64,000 nt of DNA from a virus (IMGVR_UViG_3300014205_000182:1-64000), one strand, 5' to 3'; shown: positions 1 through 9,088, counted from the stretch's first letter. Numbers and translations: made by a program. The notes: generated by a model from the sequence alone, not told the origin.

Positions 1-329
1 CGGAGAACGCTGAAGATCGTGCCGGGGCGAAGGCCCGTAGCATCAAGCTCGCCGTGCGTGGTGCCAGCAGAGTCAATCCAGGCGCGTGCGAAGTTGTGGT
101 TATGGACGACGATGCCCATAACACTGTCAGTCTCACCGGTAGGCAGAGTGACGTCACGGTCGTGGGTCGGAGTGCTAGGATCCCAGACAACGGCCTTGCC
201 GAACGGGATCGAGGCCGAAGACTCGGAGCTACGCGCCGTGATAAGCGTGTGGGGGTATGCGGTGTCTAGCGTGCCGGCGTATCCTTCAAGAGGTGCGACG
301 GATACAGAAGTCTGAATGCTCATTGCCAT
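1..329 (-). CDS. Head decoration/minor head structural protein (runs off the window edge)
   Basis: Open frame MAMSIQTSVSVAPLEGYAGTLD...SIPFGKAVVWD..., directly downstream of the DUF2213 gene; not in the ORF track because it is truncated. Confidence 0.6.
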   Translation of the reverse strand, partial: MAMSIQTSVSVAPLEGYAGTLDTAYPHTLITARSSESSASIPFGKAVVWDPSTPTHDRDVTLPTGETDSVMGIVVHNHNFARAWIDSAGTTHGELDATGLRPGTIFSVL

Positions 330-366
330 GGTGGTTTGTCCTTGTTACTTCAGTCAGGCGACGTAA

Positions 367-1704
367 TTAGCGCCAGCGATTCTTGCGCGCGGCCTCTGCG
401 GCTTCGCGGATTTCTAGTTCAGCCTTGATGGGGTCAGACTTAACGGCCTTCTCGGCGTCAGTCTTGTTCTCGACGAGAACCTGGCGAACTTCGGCAAGCG
501 ATGCGCCCGCCTTGGTGTGGCGCTTCATCGCGCCTGCATACATTCCGTTGACGTAGTCAGCAGAGTGGTTGTCTTCAATGTCCATCTCGTCGACCTTCTT
601 GACGATGGCGACCTTGATCTCACGATCAGTCTTGGACTTCGCATCTTCGATTCCGACCGCAACAGCGTCAGAAAGGAGGTCAACGCGGGCGTCGACAGCG
701 GCAGCGAAAGCAACGGCGTCAGCGTCTGCGCGAGCAGTCTGAGCAGCGTCAACCTTTGCCTGAGCGTCAGCCTTGACAGCCTCGATCTCGGCGGCTAGCT
801 TCTCGACAGTTGCGTTAGCAAGCTTGAGGTCAGCAGCGGCCTGGTTCTGAGCAAGCTTGTTAGCTTCGTCCAGCTTTCCGGCGGAAGTCTTGAGTTCAGC
901 AATCTCCGTCTTCAGCGTCGCAACTTCTGCGGTTGCTGCTTCTAGATTCTTGGTGAGCGTTTCGAGGTCCATATTGGTAACTCCAGTATTATGCACGATG
1001 GCATGATTTTTGCAAGCGCAGTCGGCATGCTCGGTAGTTCCTGCCGCCAGAGTGGTAACAGGTTCAGTAGAAAGCTGGCTGAGCGTGCTCAAGATCTCCT
1101 TGGACTTCTCGTCCAAAGTAACCGTCAGCCCGACGTTCATGTCAGCAAGCTTCATTGAAGGAGTTGTAGCAGCTGGCACGGATTGTGCAAGCGAGCATGG
1201 GCACTTGGCGTCCAGAGCGTCCGAACGAAGGCTACAAGTCGGGCCGCAACGAGCGCGAGGAACCACACTTAGGTGGTCCAAAATGATGCCACGCTGAAAG
1301 CGCTCGGCGTCAAGAGTACAACGATATCCTAAGGATAGCTCGTTGGTACCGTCTTCAATTTCATGAAGGGCACCCTTGTCGAAGATGTAGATGTCCGCGT
1401 CAGCCCTACCGTCGTCGGTTAGGGTTGCTCCGAGTACACGGCCAATCTCGTGGTACTCAACACCACTAATAATCAGATTCGACGGGTGTCCGAGCGGGTG
1501 CTCCGAGTCAGGCTCGATCGCCGTGACGACCGGAAGTCCGGGAAGCTGGTCGACGATGCGCTGAAGCTCCGCGAGATCGCGATGCTCTGGCCCTGTCGTG
1601 TAATTTAGAGCGTCGTCGACAGAATGCAGGCGAGCGACCGTGCCCTTGAAGATCTTGGGCTTGGTCTTTGCTACGAGCGTGCCTCTATCGAAACGCGTAT
1701 CCAC
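367..1704 (-). CDS. DUF2213-family head maturation/scaffold protein
   Basis: ELSLGYRC and DHLSVVPRARCGPTCSLRSD motifs plus a C-terminal coiled coil; likely internal start at 972 (MDLETL) with a GGAG RBS. Confidence 0.8.
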   Translation of the reverse strand: MDTRFDRGTLVAKTKPKIFKGTVARLHSVDDALNYTTGPEHRDLAELQRIVDQLPGLPVVTAIEPDSEHPLGHPSNLIISGVEYHEIGRVLGATLTDDGRADADIYIFDKGALHEIEDGTNELSLGYRCTLDAERFQRGIILDHLSVVPRARCGPTCSLRSDALDAKCPCSLAQSVPAATTPSMKLADMNVGLTVTLDEKSKEILSTLSQLSTEPVTTLAAGTTEHADCACKNHAIVHNTGVTNMDLETLTKNLEAATAEVATLKTEIAELKTSAGKLDEANKLAQNQAAADLKLANATVEKLAAEIEAVKADAQAKVDAAQTARADADAVAFAAAVDARVDLLSDAVAVGIEDAKSKTDREIKVAIVKKVDEMDIEDNHSADYVNGMYAGAMKRHTKAGASLAEVRQVLVENKTDAEKAVKSDPIKAELEIREAAEAARKNRWR

Positions 1705-1739
1705 TCCCCTAGTATGGGGCTTGGCACGCTATTTGCAAA

Positions 1740-1973
1740 TCAGAGAGTAATGCGAGCTTTGATGGTCAAACGTCCGAGCATCTTGTGTGCAGCCAGCCGA
1801 TGTCTGCCGTCGACAAGTACCGGACCTTCTGGGCTCATTCTGACGAGGATAGGCGGGAACTTGGCAGGGATGTCGGCTTCCATAAGCTCCGCATAATCCT
1901 CAGCCTTCTCCTGGTTCATCGGCTGCTTGTTTATCCGAATGTCTGCGCAGCTAAGTTCGACAAGGTCATCCAC
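1740..1973 (-). CDS. ParB/Srx N-terminal-like protein
   Basis: FPPILV...LVDGRHRLAA motif; probable GTG start at 1973 overlapping the upstream stop. Confidence 0.65.
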   Translation of the reverse strand: MDDLVELSCADIRINKQPMNQEKAEDYAELMEADIPAKFPPILVRMSPEGPVLVDGRHRLAAHKMLGRLTIKARITL

Positions 1974-2202
1974 GTTCGGCCAGGATTTCCGCACAACGTG
2001 CAAGTACTTGCTGTTTCGCTTCAGGAATTTCGTGCTCGGCCGCACAAGAAACGCCAACAAAGGTGTGTTCGTCCAGGTAGATATGAACGGACCACACGCC
2101 TTCGAGCCCTGACCATTCTGCCGTAATCCGATCAATCGACAACAAAGCCAAGCTCCCCAGCGATAGCGGCACCCGGCTCGTCGCGTTCCCACTGACAATC
2201 AA
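1966..2202 (-). CDS. Hypothetical protein
   Basis: 78-aa ORF coupled to neighbouring genes. Confidence 0.4.
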   Translation of the reverse strand: MIVSGNATSRVPLSLGSLALLSIDRITAEWSGLEGVWSVHIYLDEHTFVGVSCAAEHEIPEAKQQVLARCAEILAERG

Positions 2203-2421
2203 AGTGCCCGCAGTCGACGTTCAGACAGGGGAATGAATCGCCGCAAGTAGTACACTCCAAACGCTTACCACCACGAACGAGTCGGTCGGTGTGCTGTCCG
2301 TGCTTGCACTTCTTACGTTTCGTTGCTTCTTGCTCTGTCTGTTCGTCCATGAGATCAGTGTAACCATCGTTTGAAGCAAAGCAAGGAGTTGACTTCGCCG
2401 GGTGAGTGGTTATCATGAGGT

Positions 2422-2625
2422 ATGCGAGTTCATCCAAGGACTGAGATTGTAGAGTTAGCCTCGCGAGAGTTAACCGGCTTCATGCTTGATCTCGAAATCA
2501 AACACGGCCTAACATATACGGAAGCGTTTGCTTTGATCAGCCGACAGATGGCCACGCTTGTGAGGTACGCAATTCGTGCGGAACGACATGGGCCTAATTC
2601 TGACAAAGGTGGAGACGAAGCGTGA
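2422..2625 (+). CDS. Hypothetical protein
   Basis: Follows a TTGACT..TATCAT promoter; GTGA overlap with the next gene. Confidence 0.6.
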   Translation: MRVHPRTEIVELASRELTGFMLDLEIKHGLTYTEAFALISRQMATLVRYAIRAERHGPNSDKGGDEA

Positions 2626-3287
2626 GAATTGTTCACTTCTCAGACTGGCACTGGAACTTCCAAAAAATTCCAGAGGCAGACCTCTACATCTGCTCCGGGG
2701 ATATGTACCCTGACTGGCACATGCCTTCTCAGAAGGTGAAGATCAAGCAACTTGGGCGCGTTTGGAAGTTCACCGAAGAGGGATATCCTGGGTTCAAGCA
2801 GTATCTGGGCTCGCCGGAAAGTCCGATCGTTTGCCTACGTGGCAACCATGACCATGCTGACATGGCTCCGCTGTTCAAGGGCTGCAATCTGATTCACGAG
2901 TTTATCGACAACGAAGTGATTGAGGTCGAGGGCTTGCGCATCACAGGCCATCGTGGCGTGCCGTACATCAACGGCAGCTTCTCGGACGAGGTTCTGCGCT
3001 ACGACCTGATCGACAAGGTTCGCCAGATGGCTGACGACTGTGATATCTACGTAACCCACTACCCACCGCAGGATCGTTGGGATAACGGGTACGGGCTCGA
3101 AGGGATGCTCAACTGGTTTGAATACTCGACGAAGAACAAGAACGTGTTGCACTGCTACGGACACATCCACGAGGAAGGTGGGCAAGTGCTCAGCGACGGA
3201 CATGTCACGTACTCGAATGCTGCTACTACTTACAACATTCTCGAAGGTAGCCCGGAGACGGGCTGGAAAGATGTGAGTCCACCGTGA
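2622..3287 (+). CDS. Calcineurin-like metallophosphoesterase
   Basis: SDWH, GD, GNHD, THYPP and GHIHE motifs. Confidence 0.9.
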   Translation: MRIVHFSDWHWNFQKIPEADLYICSGDMYPDWHMPSQKVKIKQLGRVWKFTEEGYPGFKQYLGSPESPIVCLRGNHDHADMAPLFKGCNLIHEFIDNEVIEVEGLRITGHRGVPYINGSFSDEVLRYDLIDKVRQMADDCDIYVTHYPPQDRWDNGYGLEGMLNWFEYSTKNKNVLHCYGHIHEEGGQVLSDGHVTYSNAATTYNILEGSPETGWKDVSPP

Positions 3288-3499
3288 CAAATCAGAGTGC
3301 ATACGCAACACTCGTCAGCTTTCTCAAAAAAGAAATCCAGGACGCAATCAGTCGTACCGGAATTCACAGTGTGGCCGACGAGTTAAATCTACTCCCGGTC
3401 GGCGTTGAGGTACTTCTGGCTAACCCTATGTGGTCGATCGAGACAACGATGAACACGGCCGAGGCGCTGGGTTATCGCATTTCGTTTGAGGTTCACTGA
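3284..3499 (+). CDS. Small HTH-like protein
   Basis: 71 aa, ..SIETTMNTAEALGYRISF resembles the C-terminus of XRE-type proteins. Confidence 0.45.
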   Translation: MTNQSAYATLVSFLKKEIQDAISRTGIHSVADELNLLPVGVEVLLANPMWSIETTMNTAEALGYRISFEVH

Positions 3500-3738
3500 T
3501 GAAGCGACATCCAGACGGAACAATTGAAGGCACCCCTGAAGAGATTAAGGAGTACGAGCGGACGCATCAGACCACAAAGACATCCGGTCGAGCAAACCCT
3601 ATTCGTCACGGAAACGATTACGTCTGCGATAAGTGCGGCGTCGGATGTTACTACGACGGACGAATGGGCGATGGTGCGATCCTTATGTGCAAATGCAACG
3701 CAGCTGAGGATGCGTACTGGGCAGGAGATCGACGATGA
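3499..3738 (+). CDS. Hypothetical Cys-containing protein
   Basis: Translationally coupled ORF with CxxC and CxC. Confidence 0.55.
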   Translation: MKRHPDGTIEGTPEEIKEYERTHQTTKTSGRANPIRHGNDYVCDKCGVGCYYDGRMGDGAILMCKCNAAEDAYWAGDRR

Positions 3739-3929
3739 CCTGCCTACACGATAACACTAAACGAGGCAAGGACATTCCGCTTCGCTACGGATCTTGGCAA
3801 TCGCTCGTGTGTCGCGACTGTGGTGCGTTCCAGCGTCGTGGCCATAACGGATATGTTATCGATGGGATCTGGTTACCAGCTTCTAACTACGAGGCCGAAA
3901 CAGTGGAGCGTGATGACAATGATTACTAG
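3735..3929 (+). CDS. Hypothetical protein
   Basis: ATGA overlap; CxxC. Confidence 0.55.
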   Translation: MTCLHDNTKRGKDIPLRYGSWQSLVCRDCGAFQRRGHNGYVIDGIWLPASNYEAETVERDDNDY

Positions 3930-3934
3930 CCCAC

Positions 3935-3963
3935 TTGACAAGCTGCCCAAGGGTGGCTATGAT
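3935..3963 (+). promoter_or_regulatory. sigma70-type promoter
   Basis: TTGACA-17 nt-TATGAT upstream of the Pth2-like gene. Confidence 0.75.
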
Positions 3964-3975
3964 GGTTGAAGATGC

Positions 3976-4365
3976 ATTGACCAAAACGCGATAGAGCGCA
4001 CCGCTTCGGCGGATAACATTGTCCCGGTTGCCTGTCCTAAGGCTTCCAAACTCTTCCACTACATCGTCGTCCGACGAGACATCCCAGCAGGAGCACAACT
4101 CGCGCAAGCGTGTCATGCCGCTGGCGAGAGTCCTGGACCTAGGCCCGAGCCTGGCTGTACGGTCGTCGTCCTGCACGCAGCAGATGAAACGCACCTGCGT
4201 TTAATCGCAGCCAGGCTAGACCGTGCCGGCATCGCGTACGGACAGGTCATCGAGTGTCCTGATGACGACGAGTGGCCCAGCCAGCTTATGTCGATTGGTC
4301 TTGCGCCGACCGAGAATCGTGAGCAGGTTATAAAGGTGCTAAGCAGTCTACCTCTGGCGCGATAA
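3976..4365 (+). CDS. pth2: Peptidyl-tRNA hydrolase Pth2-like protein, start unresolved (missed by the ORF track)
   Basis: Hand translation: KLFHYIVVRRDIPAGAQLAQACHAAGES...TVVVLHAADETHL...SIGLAPTENREQVIKVLSSLPLAR*; no in-frame ATG/GTG/TTG near the 5' end. Confidence 0.8.
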   Translation: MDQNAIERTASADNIVPVACPKASKLFHYIVVRRDIPAGAQLAQACHAAGESPGPRPEPGCTVVVLHAADETHLRLIAARLDRAGIAYGQVIECPDDDEWPSQLMSIGLAPTENREQVIKVLSSLPLAR

Positions 4366-4390
4366 CGTTCACGCTCCTTCGGGAGCACAT

Positions 4391-4467
4391 GCGACCATAG
4401 CTCAACGGTTAGAGCACTCAGACTAATGACCTGGGGGATAAGGGTTCGAATCCCTTTGGACGCGCTA
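4391..4467 (+). ncRNA. tRNA-like RNA with a 9-nt anticodon loop (AAT if read as a 7-nt loop)
   Basis: D arm GCTC-AACGGTTA-GAGC; T arm AAGGG-TTCGAAT-CCCTT; CTCAG/CTGGG stem around ACTAATGAC. Confidence 0.65.
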
Positions 4468-4546
4468 AGGATCTCTAGCTCAACGGTAGAGCGTGTCGCA
4501 GTGAAATGTGGCAAGGTTGTAGGTTCGAATCCTCCGAGATCCTCTA
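4468..4546 (+). ncRNA. tRNA-like RNA with a 7-bp anticodon stem and 6-nt loop
   Basis: Acceptor AGGATCTC/GAGATCCT; canonical D and T loops; TGTCGCA-GTGAAA-TGTGGCA. Confidence 0.65.
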
Positions 4547-4942
4547 ATGGACGAGCTAGTAGCTAACTGGGAATCTGCAATCGCAGACCTGAGATTCCGT
4601 CACCCGGATCCTTCGGTTAGCGTGCGCATCAGCGTCGTCCAGCGCCCGCGTAACGTGAGGATCCTTTTTACGCTCGACGGTCTTCCGGATTCCACGCTGA
4701 CGGTTAAGCACGACGGGTTCGAATACTACTTCTACGCCGGCCACTTCCCTGGCACAGATAAGGCTCGCATGTGGGCGCTCTCTGTCTGGGCTCTGTTTGC
4801 CGAGCATGAGGCTCTTGAGCTTACGCTACTCAACGGGGAGCAACTAGCTAACCCTCATATGAGTGAGTGGTGCGTCGGCCATCGTAAGACCCTAGACAAG
4901 CGCCACGATATGGATTACATGCTGGCACGAATTTGGGGTTGA
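4547..4942 (+). CDS. Hypothetical protein
   Basis: 131-aa ORF with EHEALE motif. Confidence 0.6.
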   Translation: MDELVANWESAIADLRFRHPDPSVSVRISVVQRPRNVRILFTLDGLPDSTLTVKHDGFEYYFYAGHFPGTDKARMWALSVWALFAEHEALELTLLNGEQLANPHMSEWCVGHRKTLDKRHDMDYMLARIWG

Positions 4943-4972
4943 CAGACTCCTAGTGGTGCTTACTATGAGAGC

Positions 4973-5191
4973 ATGAAGCCACTCGCAAAACTCCACAAGC
5001 ACCCAGAATACGACGACCGCATCATCAACACCGGCAAGAAGACCTACATCTACGGCTATCAGTTAGAGCCGGGTGACGAGATTGAGGCTACCGATGTATA
5101 CGCTTCTACTAGCGGAGCGTGGGAGCCGGCGCCGGTCAGCGGGATAAAGCTTGGCGACGGCAATACTGTCGTCTGGGTTCGACCGTCGTGA
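4973..5191 (+). CDS. Hypothetical protein (leaderless)
   Basis: TTGACA-16-TACTAT-6 nt-ATG. Confidence 0.65.
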   Translation: MKPLAKLHKHPEYDDRIINTGKKTYIYGYQLEPGDEIEATDVYASTSGAWEPAPVSGIKLGDGNTVVWVRPS

Positions 5192-5562
5192 GTGTAAGTA
5201 AACCAAAGACCTACCAGATTCCCTTCGCTGCTGACGATAAGCACATCAACATGCTGGAGTGGACGTCGGCCAAGCCTGGACAAGTACGTCAGCCAGGCGG
5301 ACCTGGCTGGAATATGCCAGACGAATGGCGTGATGTTTACGAATTCGATGCCGAGCTTGTGATGACTAGCTGGAGTAAGGGTCGTTCATCTGCACGATTC
5401 AATGTGCAGAACCACAAGCTCAAGGAAACCTACTCCCTGGCCATGTCCGGGTTCTACGACGCTATCAAGGCGTTTGGCATGCTACCTGGCGGGATTATCC
5501 AGGGACGCTGGACGTTCCGTAAGCAAGGCTCTAACTATGCTCTGGTTCCGGTGATCGTATGA
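5188..5562 (+). CDS. Hypothetical phage protein
   Basis: GTGA-coupled; GRSSA...GRWTFRKQGSNY. Confidence 0.65.
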   Translation: MSVSKPKTYQIPFAADDKHINMLEWTSAKPGQVRQPGGPGWNMPDEWRDVYEFDAELVMTSWSKGRSSARFNVQNHKLKETYSLAMSGFYDAIKAFGMLPGGIIQGRWTFRKQGSNYALVPVIV

Positions 5563-6500
5563 GGGTAAAAATGTGGACCGACGTAGAACGTATTCGTAGT
5601 TCAGACAAGAACGTCTTGAAGTACGTCTTCAAGAACAAGACGGCAGTTGCCGAGTCGGTACTCTACAAGTACCCAACCTATGAGGAGCGCACCGTCGTGT
5701 GCTGCTCTACGCAGTCTGGTTGCCCGGTTGGCTGCCGGTTCTGTGGTGCTGGAGATAGCTTCGTACGCTCTCTCACGGCAGCAGAGATCTACGAGCAACC
5801 AATGCGCCTATTCGAGGATCAGCAGATCGATCCTAACGCCGTGAAGCGTTTGCAGATCATGTTCATGAGCATGGGCGAGCCGATGCTCAACTTGAAGGAG
5901 CTAATCCCGGCGCTGTACGCCCTTCATGCCCAGATCCCAGGCGCTGCGCTGCTTGTCAGTACTTCCGGTCCGAGGATTGAATATGCTCCGTTCCGAAAGG
6001 TCTCGCAGGTAATCCCGACGGTTGGCCTGCAATTCTCCGTACACGAGAGCACGAACGAAGCACGCGATAAGCTGATCCCGTTCAAGGCTAAGCTGACTCT
6101 GGAGGAGATCGCTCAAGAAGGCACTGCCTGGTACGCCGAGACCGGTCGCCAGCCGTTCTTCAACTACTGTGCTCACGAGGGGAACACGTCAGAAGCTGAC
6201 GCAGACCGCTTGGCTGCGTTGTTCCGTCCTGGTTTCTGGCAGGCCACCATCTCGGTAGTCTGCGAGCGCGACGAGTCGGTAGCAGCTGCCAATGAACGTC
6301 AGCGTACGCTCGCTAGTGGTTTCCAGTCACTGCTTCAGCAGCGAGGGTTCAGCACTCGCATGTTTGATCCTGCTGGTCAGGATGACATCGGTGGAGGCTG
6401 TGGGCAGCTGTGGTTTGTCCAGGACTGGATGCGCCAGAACCCTCAGCTGGCGAAGCCGAGTGTCGGTCGTAGTCTTCCGGTGATCCATGCCCCTCGCTAG
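5559..6500 (+). CDS. RlmN/Cfr-like radical SAM RNA methyltransferase
   Basis: STQSGCPVGCRFC (CxxxCxxC), FMSMGEP and C-terminal GQDDIGGGCGQL. Confidence 0.85.
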   Translation: MRVKMWTDVERIRSSDKNVLKYVFKNKTAVAESVLYKYPTYEERTVVCCSTQSGCPVGCRFCGAGDSFVRSLTAAEIYEQPMRLFEDQQIDPNAVKRLQIMFMSMGEPMLNLKELIPALYALHAQIPGAALLVSTSGPRIEYAPFRKVSQVIPTVGLQFSVHESTNEARDKLIPFKAKLTLEEIAQEGTAWYAETGRQPFFNYCAHEGNTSEADADRLAALFRPGFWQATISVVCERDESVAAANERQRTLASGFQSLLQQRGFSTRMFDPAGQDDIGGGCGQLWFVQDWMRQNPQLAKPSVGRSLPVIHAPR

Positions 6501-6835
6501 TAAAGGCTGGGGTCCGTGGCGTTGTGAATGGTATTCCATTTGCTCTAGACACCGGCACGGCAGACCAGACGATCCGTGTACCCTGTGTCAAACAGGCTTC
6601 TGGTATAATTGCTGGGGCGGTGCTGTTAGCCGTGCCGTTCACGCTATTAGCCCCAGGTTCTGGCGCTGGTGGGTTAATCGATGAAACAGAGTAAAGACGA
6701 GTACTGTGAAGGGTGCGAAGACGAACACCCTTTGACCCGAGATCCTGTCACTGGACTTCTCTATCACACCAGCAAGGATCCGATCAGCGGTCGTACTTAT
6801 CAAGAAGTTTGCACACGCAGATCTGTTCAATCACG

Positions 6836-7231
6836 ATGACTACCTGGTACCGATATAACGACGTCGCCTACTCTACAGGGTACGACGAGTATCGCGACTG
6901 TAGTTCCGGTACTCGAATTGAAGTCGAACTTACAGAGTACGAAGTCCTTCGTTACACCCCGAAGGGTGCGTGGATCAACGCTAGCCCGTATCGCAGCGCT
7001 ACATCCTTTAAGCACATGAAAGATGAGAAGTTCGTACTGCTATCGGCACGTAAACGCTTCGCCCATCCAACCAAGGAGGAGGCGATGACGTCGTTCATCG
7101 CTCGCAAGAAGGCTCAGATTAGGATTTACAAAGCTCGGGTCAAACATGCCGAGGAAGCGCTAAAGCGAGCCGAGGAACTTACTCATGCTTCCCACGCTCA
7201 TAGTCACGCCAACGCCAGCGTCGACCTGTAA
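6836..7231 (+). CDS. Hypothetical phage protein
   Basis: ..TPKGAWI..KRFAHPTKEEAMTSFIARK..; start chosen at MTTWYRY. Confidence 0.6.
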   Translation: MTTWYRYNDVAYSTGYDEYRDCSSGTRIEVELTEYEVLRYTPKGAWINASPYRSATSFKHMKDEKFVLLSARKRFAHPTKEEAMTSFIARKKAQIRIYKARVKHAEEALKRAEELTHASHAHSHANASVDL

Positions 7232-7842
7232 GGTGACATGTCACACGATCCTCCGGGACGTCGATACTTCGTACCTTATCTCCGCGTTGACCCGACCCTA
7301 CTTGCTGCCGTCGCTGTGAGTCTCGCTCTTGCCCGAGGGTGGCGTTCCGCGCTTCGACGATCCTTGCTCGGAGCACGGCCATCGCCGTCTCCTTGTTCAG
7401 GGCTTGCGACCGCTCGGATTCACAGCGAACGACGACGCCGGTCGGTAGGTGCGTGATGCGAACCGCCGAGTCGGTCACGTTGCGATGCTGACCGCCAGCA
7501 CCGCTACCACGCATCGTTTCGATTTCTAGATCCTGATCCAGGATCTTAAGCTCGTGCTCACGGGGTTCTGGGAGCACTGCCACCGTAATCGTGCTCGTAT
7601 GCACGCGCCCCTTGCGATCTGTAGGGCTAATCATCTGCCAGCGGTGTCCACCGGCCTCGTGCTCGAAGACTTTGTCTACACCCTTGCCGTTCACACGGAG
7701 AATGATGTAGCCGTCTCGATGCTCGACTACTTCGAGGTCAAAGACCCCTCTTGTTGCAAACCTTTACGTAGATCGACAACTGCTGCTCAACGATGTAATC
7801 ACTATGCTTACCGCCCTCGGCGGATCGGATTTCTATAATCAT
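7179..7842 (-). CDS. Short class-I peptide chain release factor (about 220 aa) translated via a programmed +1 frameshift at 7737-7743
   Basis: ORF1 MIIEIRSAEGG...KRGL* ends AAGAGG-GGT-CTT-TGA-C; the +1 frame continues to HRWQMISPTDRKGRVHTS and GSGAGGQHRNVTDSAVR. Confidence 0.88.
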
Positions 7843-7846
7843 GACG

Positions 7847-7936
7847 CGGATAGTTGAGGAATCGAACCCCTCCCCAGCATTTAGCCAGGGCGAACTCCTT
7901 AGCAGGGAGCCTCTGTGCCTTACAGATTAACTATCC
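7847..7936 (-). tRNA. tRNA-Ser(GCT)
   Basis: Cloverleaf, loop CTGCTAA, long variable arm. Confidence 0.85.
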
Positions 7937-7938
7937 AT

Positions 7939-8024
7939 TGGCGGCAGGAATAGGAGTCGAACCCGGCCCCGAAGGGCACCTAGTTTTCAAGACTAGTAGG
8001 TCGCCAACCGACCTCTTTCCTGCC
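7939..8024 (-). tRNA. tRNA-Ser(TGA), atypical Sec-like fold
   Basis: 8-bp acceptor, 6-bp D stem, loop CTTGAAA, variable arm, GCCA end. Confidence 0.75.
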
Positions 8025-8274
8025 AGAATAGCAGCGCTCAACTCGTCTACGACGAGGAGCGCGAACTAGAACTGTGTGAGGATAGAGTGTACATAAAATG
8101 ATCCGGGGTTTAACGAGGGTGCCGGTACCTCGCAGCCATCGTGGGATGACCTCGTGGGCCAGGCCCACTATCTATATAGCGATGATGCTGATGTTTGTCA
8201 AGGAGCCCGGCGTTGAAAAGTCCGTACGAAAATTCCAACTCCCGGTAGGCATCGCAAGCGAGGCCGGGCATAAG

Positions 8275-8346
8275 TAGAGTATGAGGGAATCGAACCCTCA
8301 TTAATTGCTTGAAAGGCAACCGTCCTAGCCGTTGAACGAATACTCC
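8275..8346 (-). tRNA. tRNA-Glu(TTC)
   Basis: GTTGC-CTTTCAA-GCAAT. Confidence 0.85.
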
Positions 8347-8347
8347 A

Positions 8348-8421
8348 TGGTGGGGAGGGCTGGGAATGAACCAGCAAACACGGCCTTTTGCAGCCGCCGC
8401 TTTCTATTAGCGTACCTCCCC
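8348..8421 (-). ncRNA. tRNA-like RNA with a 6-nt anticodon loop
   Basis: Acceptor GGGGAGG/CCTCCCC-ACCA; CGGCT-GCAAAA-GGCCG. Confidence 0.6.
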
Positions 8422-8590
8422 GTAAAATGACCGGCCACGAACGAGCCCTGACCGGTTCTGTTAAGTGCCTAACACCACGACCGGTGCTTCGGGCCAAATC
8501 TCCTAGCAGGTTCGTTGCTAACCAATCCGTGTCCGTGATCAGCGGGCGTTATTGGACGTGGCTTGTTCTAATGGTTAAAGCCACGGGATC

Positions 8591-8661
8591 TAGTACCTCC
8601 AGCTGGTATCGCGCCAGCTTTCCGACGTTCGAAGCGTCGGGCTCGATCTTTCGTTGGAGGC
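8591..8661 (-). tRNA. tRNA-Arg(TCG), reduced D arm
   Basis: CGACG-CTTCGAA-CGTCG; acceptor GCCTCCA/TGGAGGT. Confidence 0.7.
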
Positions 8662-8666
8662 ATATC

Positions 8667-8736
8667 AGTGCAATCTAGCGGAATCGAACCGCTCCGTCAG
8701 ATTTAGGAAATCCAAGTCCTGTCCATAGGAGAGTGC
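8667..8736 (-). tRNA. tRNA-Arg(CCT), reduced D arm
   Basis: TGGAT-TTCCTAA-ATCTG; TTCGATT T loop. Confidence 0.75.
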
Positions 8737-8867
8737 ATATCCCTTACCTATCACCGATTCGTCCTAGCCTCGTTTAGCGGCGAGTATGGGGAAGGCTGCG
8801 TGCGCACGCTTTACCTACGAACAAGCTTCAGGGTCCCGTCTAAATCCCACTAGGGCGCGTGGGCGGT

Positions 8868-8938
8868 TGGCGTATCACCCAGGAATTGCACCTGGCACTG
8901 TCCGATTAGAAGTCAAACGTCTGTCTATCAGGTGATAC
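8868..8938 (-). tRNA. tRNA-Arg(TCT), reduced D arm
   Basis: TTTGA-CTTCTAA-TCGGA; GCCA end. Confidence 0.75.
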
Positions 8939-9014
8939 ATAGTCGTCGTGCGTTGTACCAGATTCCCGCCGTAGGGCCGTTAGGTACTTCCCTGTATCGA
9001 CGAACGCACGACGT

Positions 9015-9088
9015 TGGAGCACTCTGTCGGATTTGCACCGACGATCAACGGGTTGCAGCCGTTTGCCTTTCTACTTGGCCAAGAGTGC
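9015..9088 (-). tRNA. tRNA-Cys(GCA)
   Basis: AACGG-CTGCAAC-CCGTT; U73 followed by CCA. Confidence 0.9.

Noticed and set aside
7939-8024. Selenocysteine tRNA or stop-codon recoding
   Set aside because: The anticodon is TGA, not TCA; genes end normally at TAG, TGA and TAA
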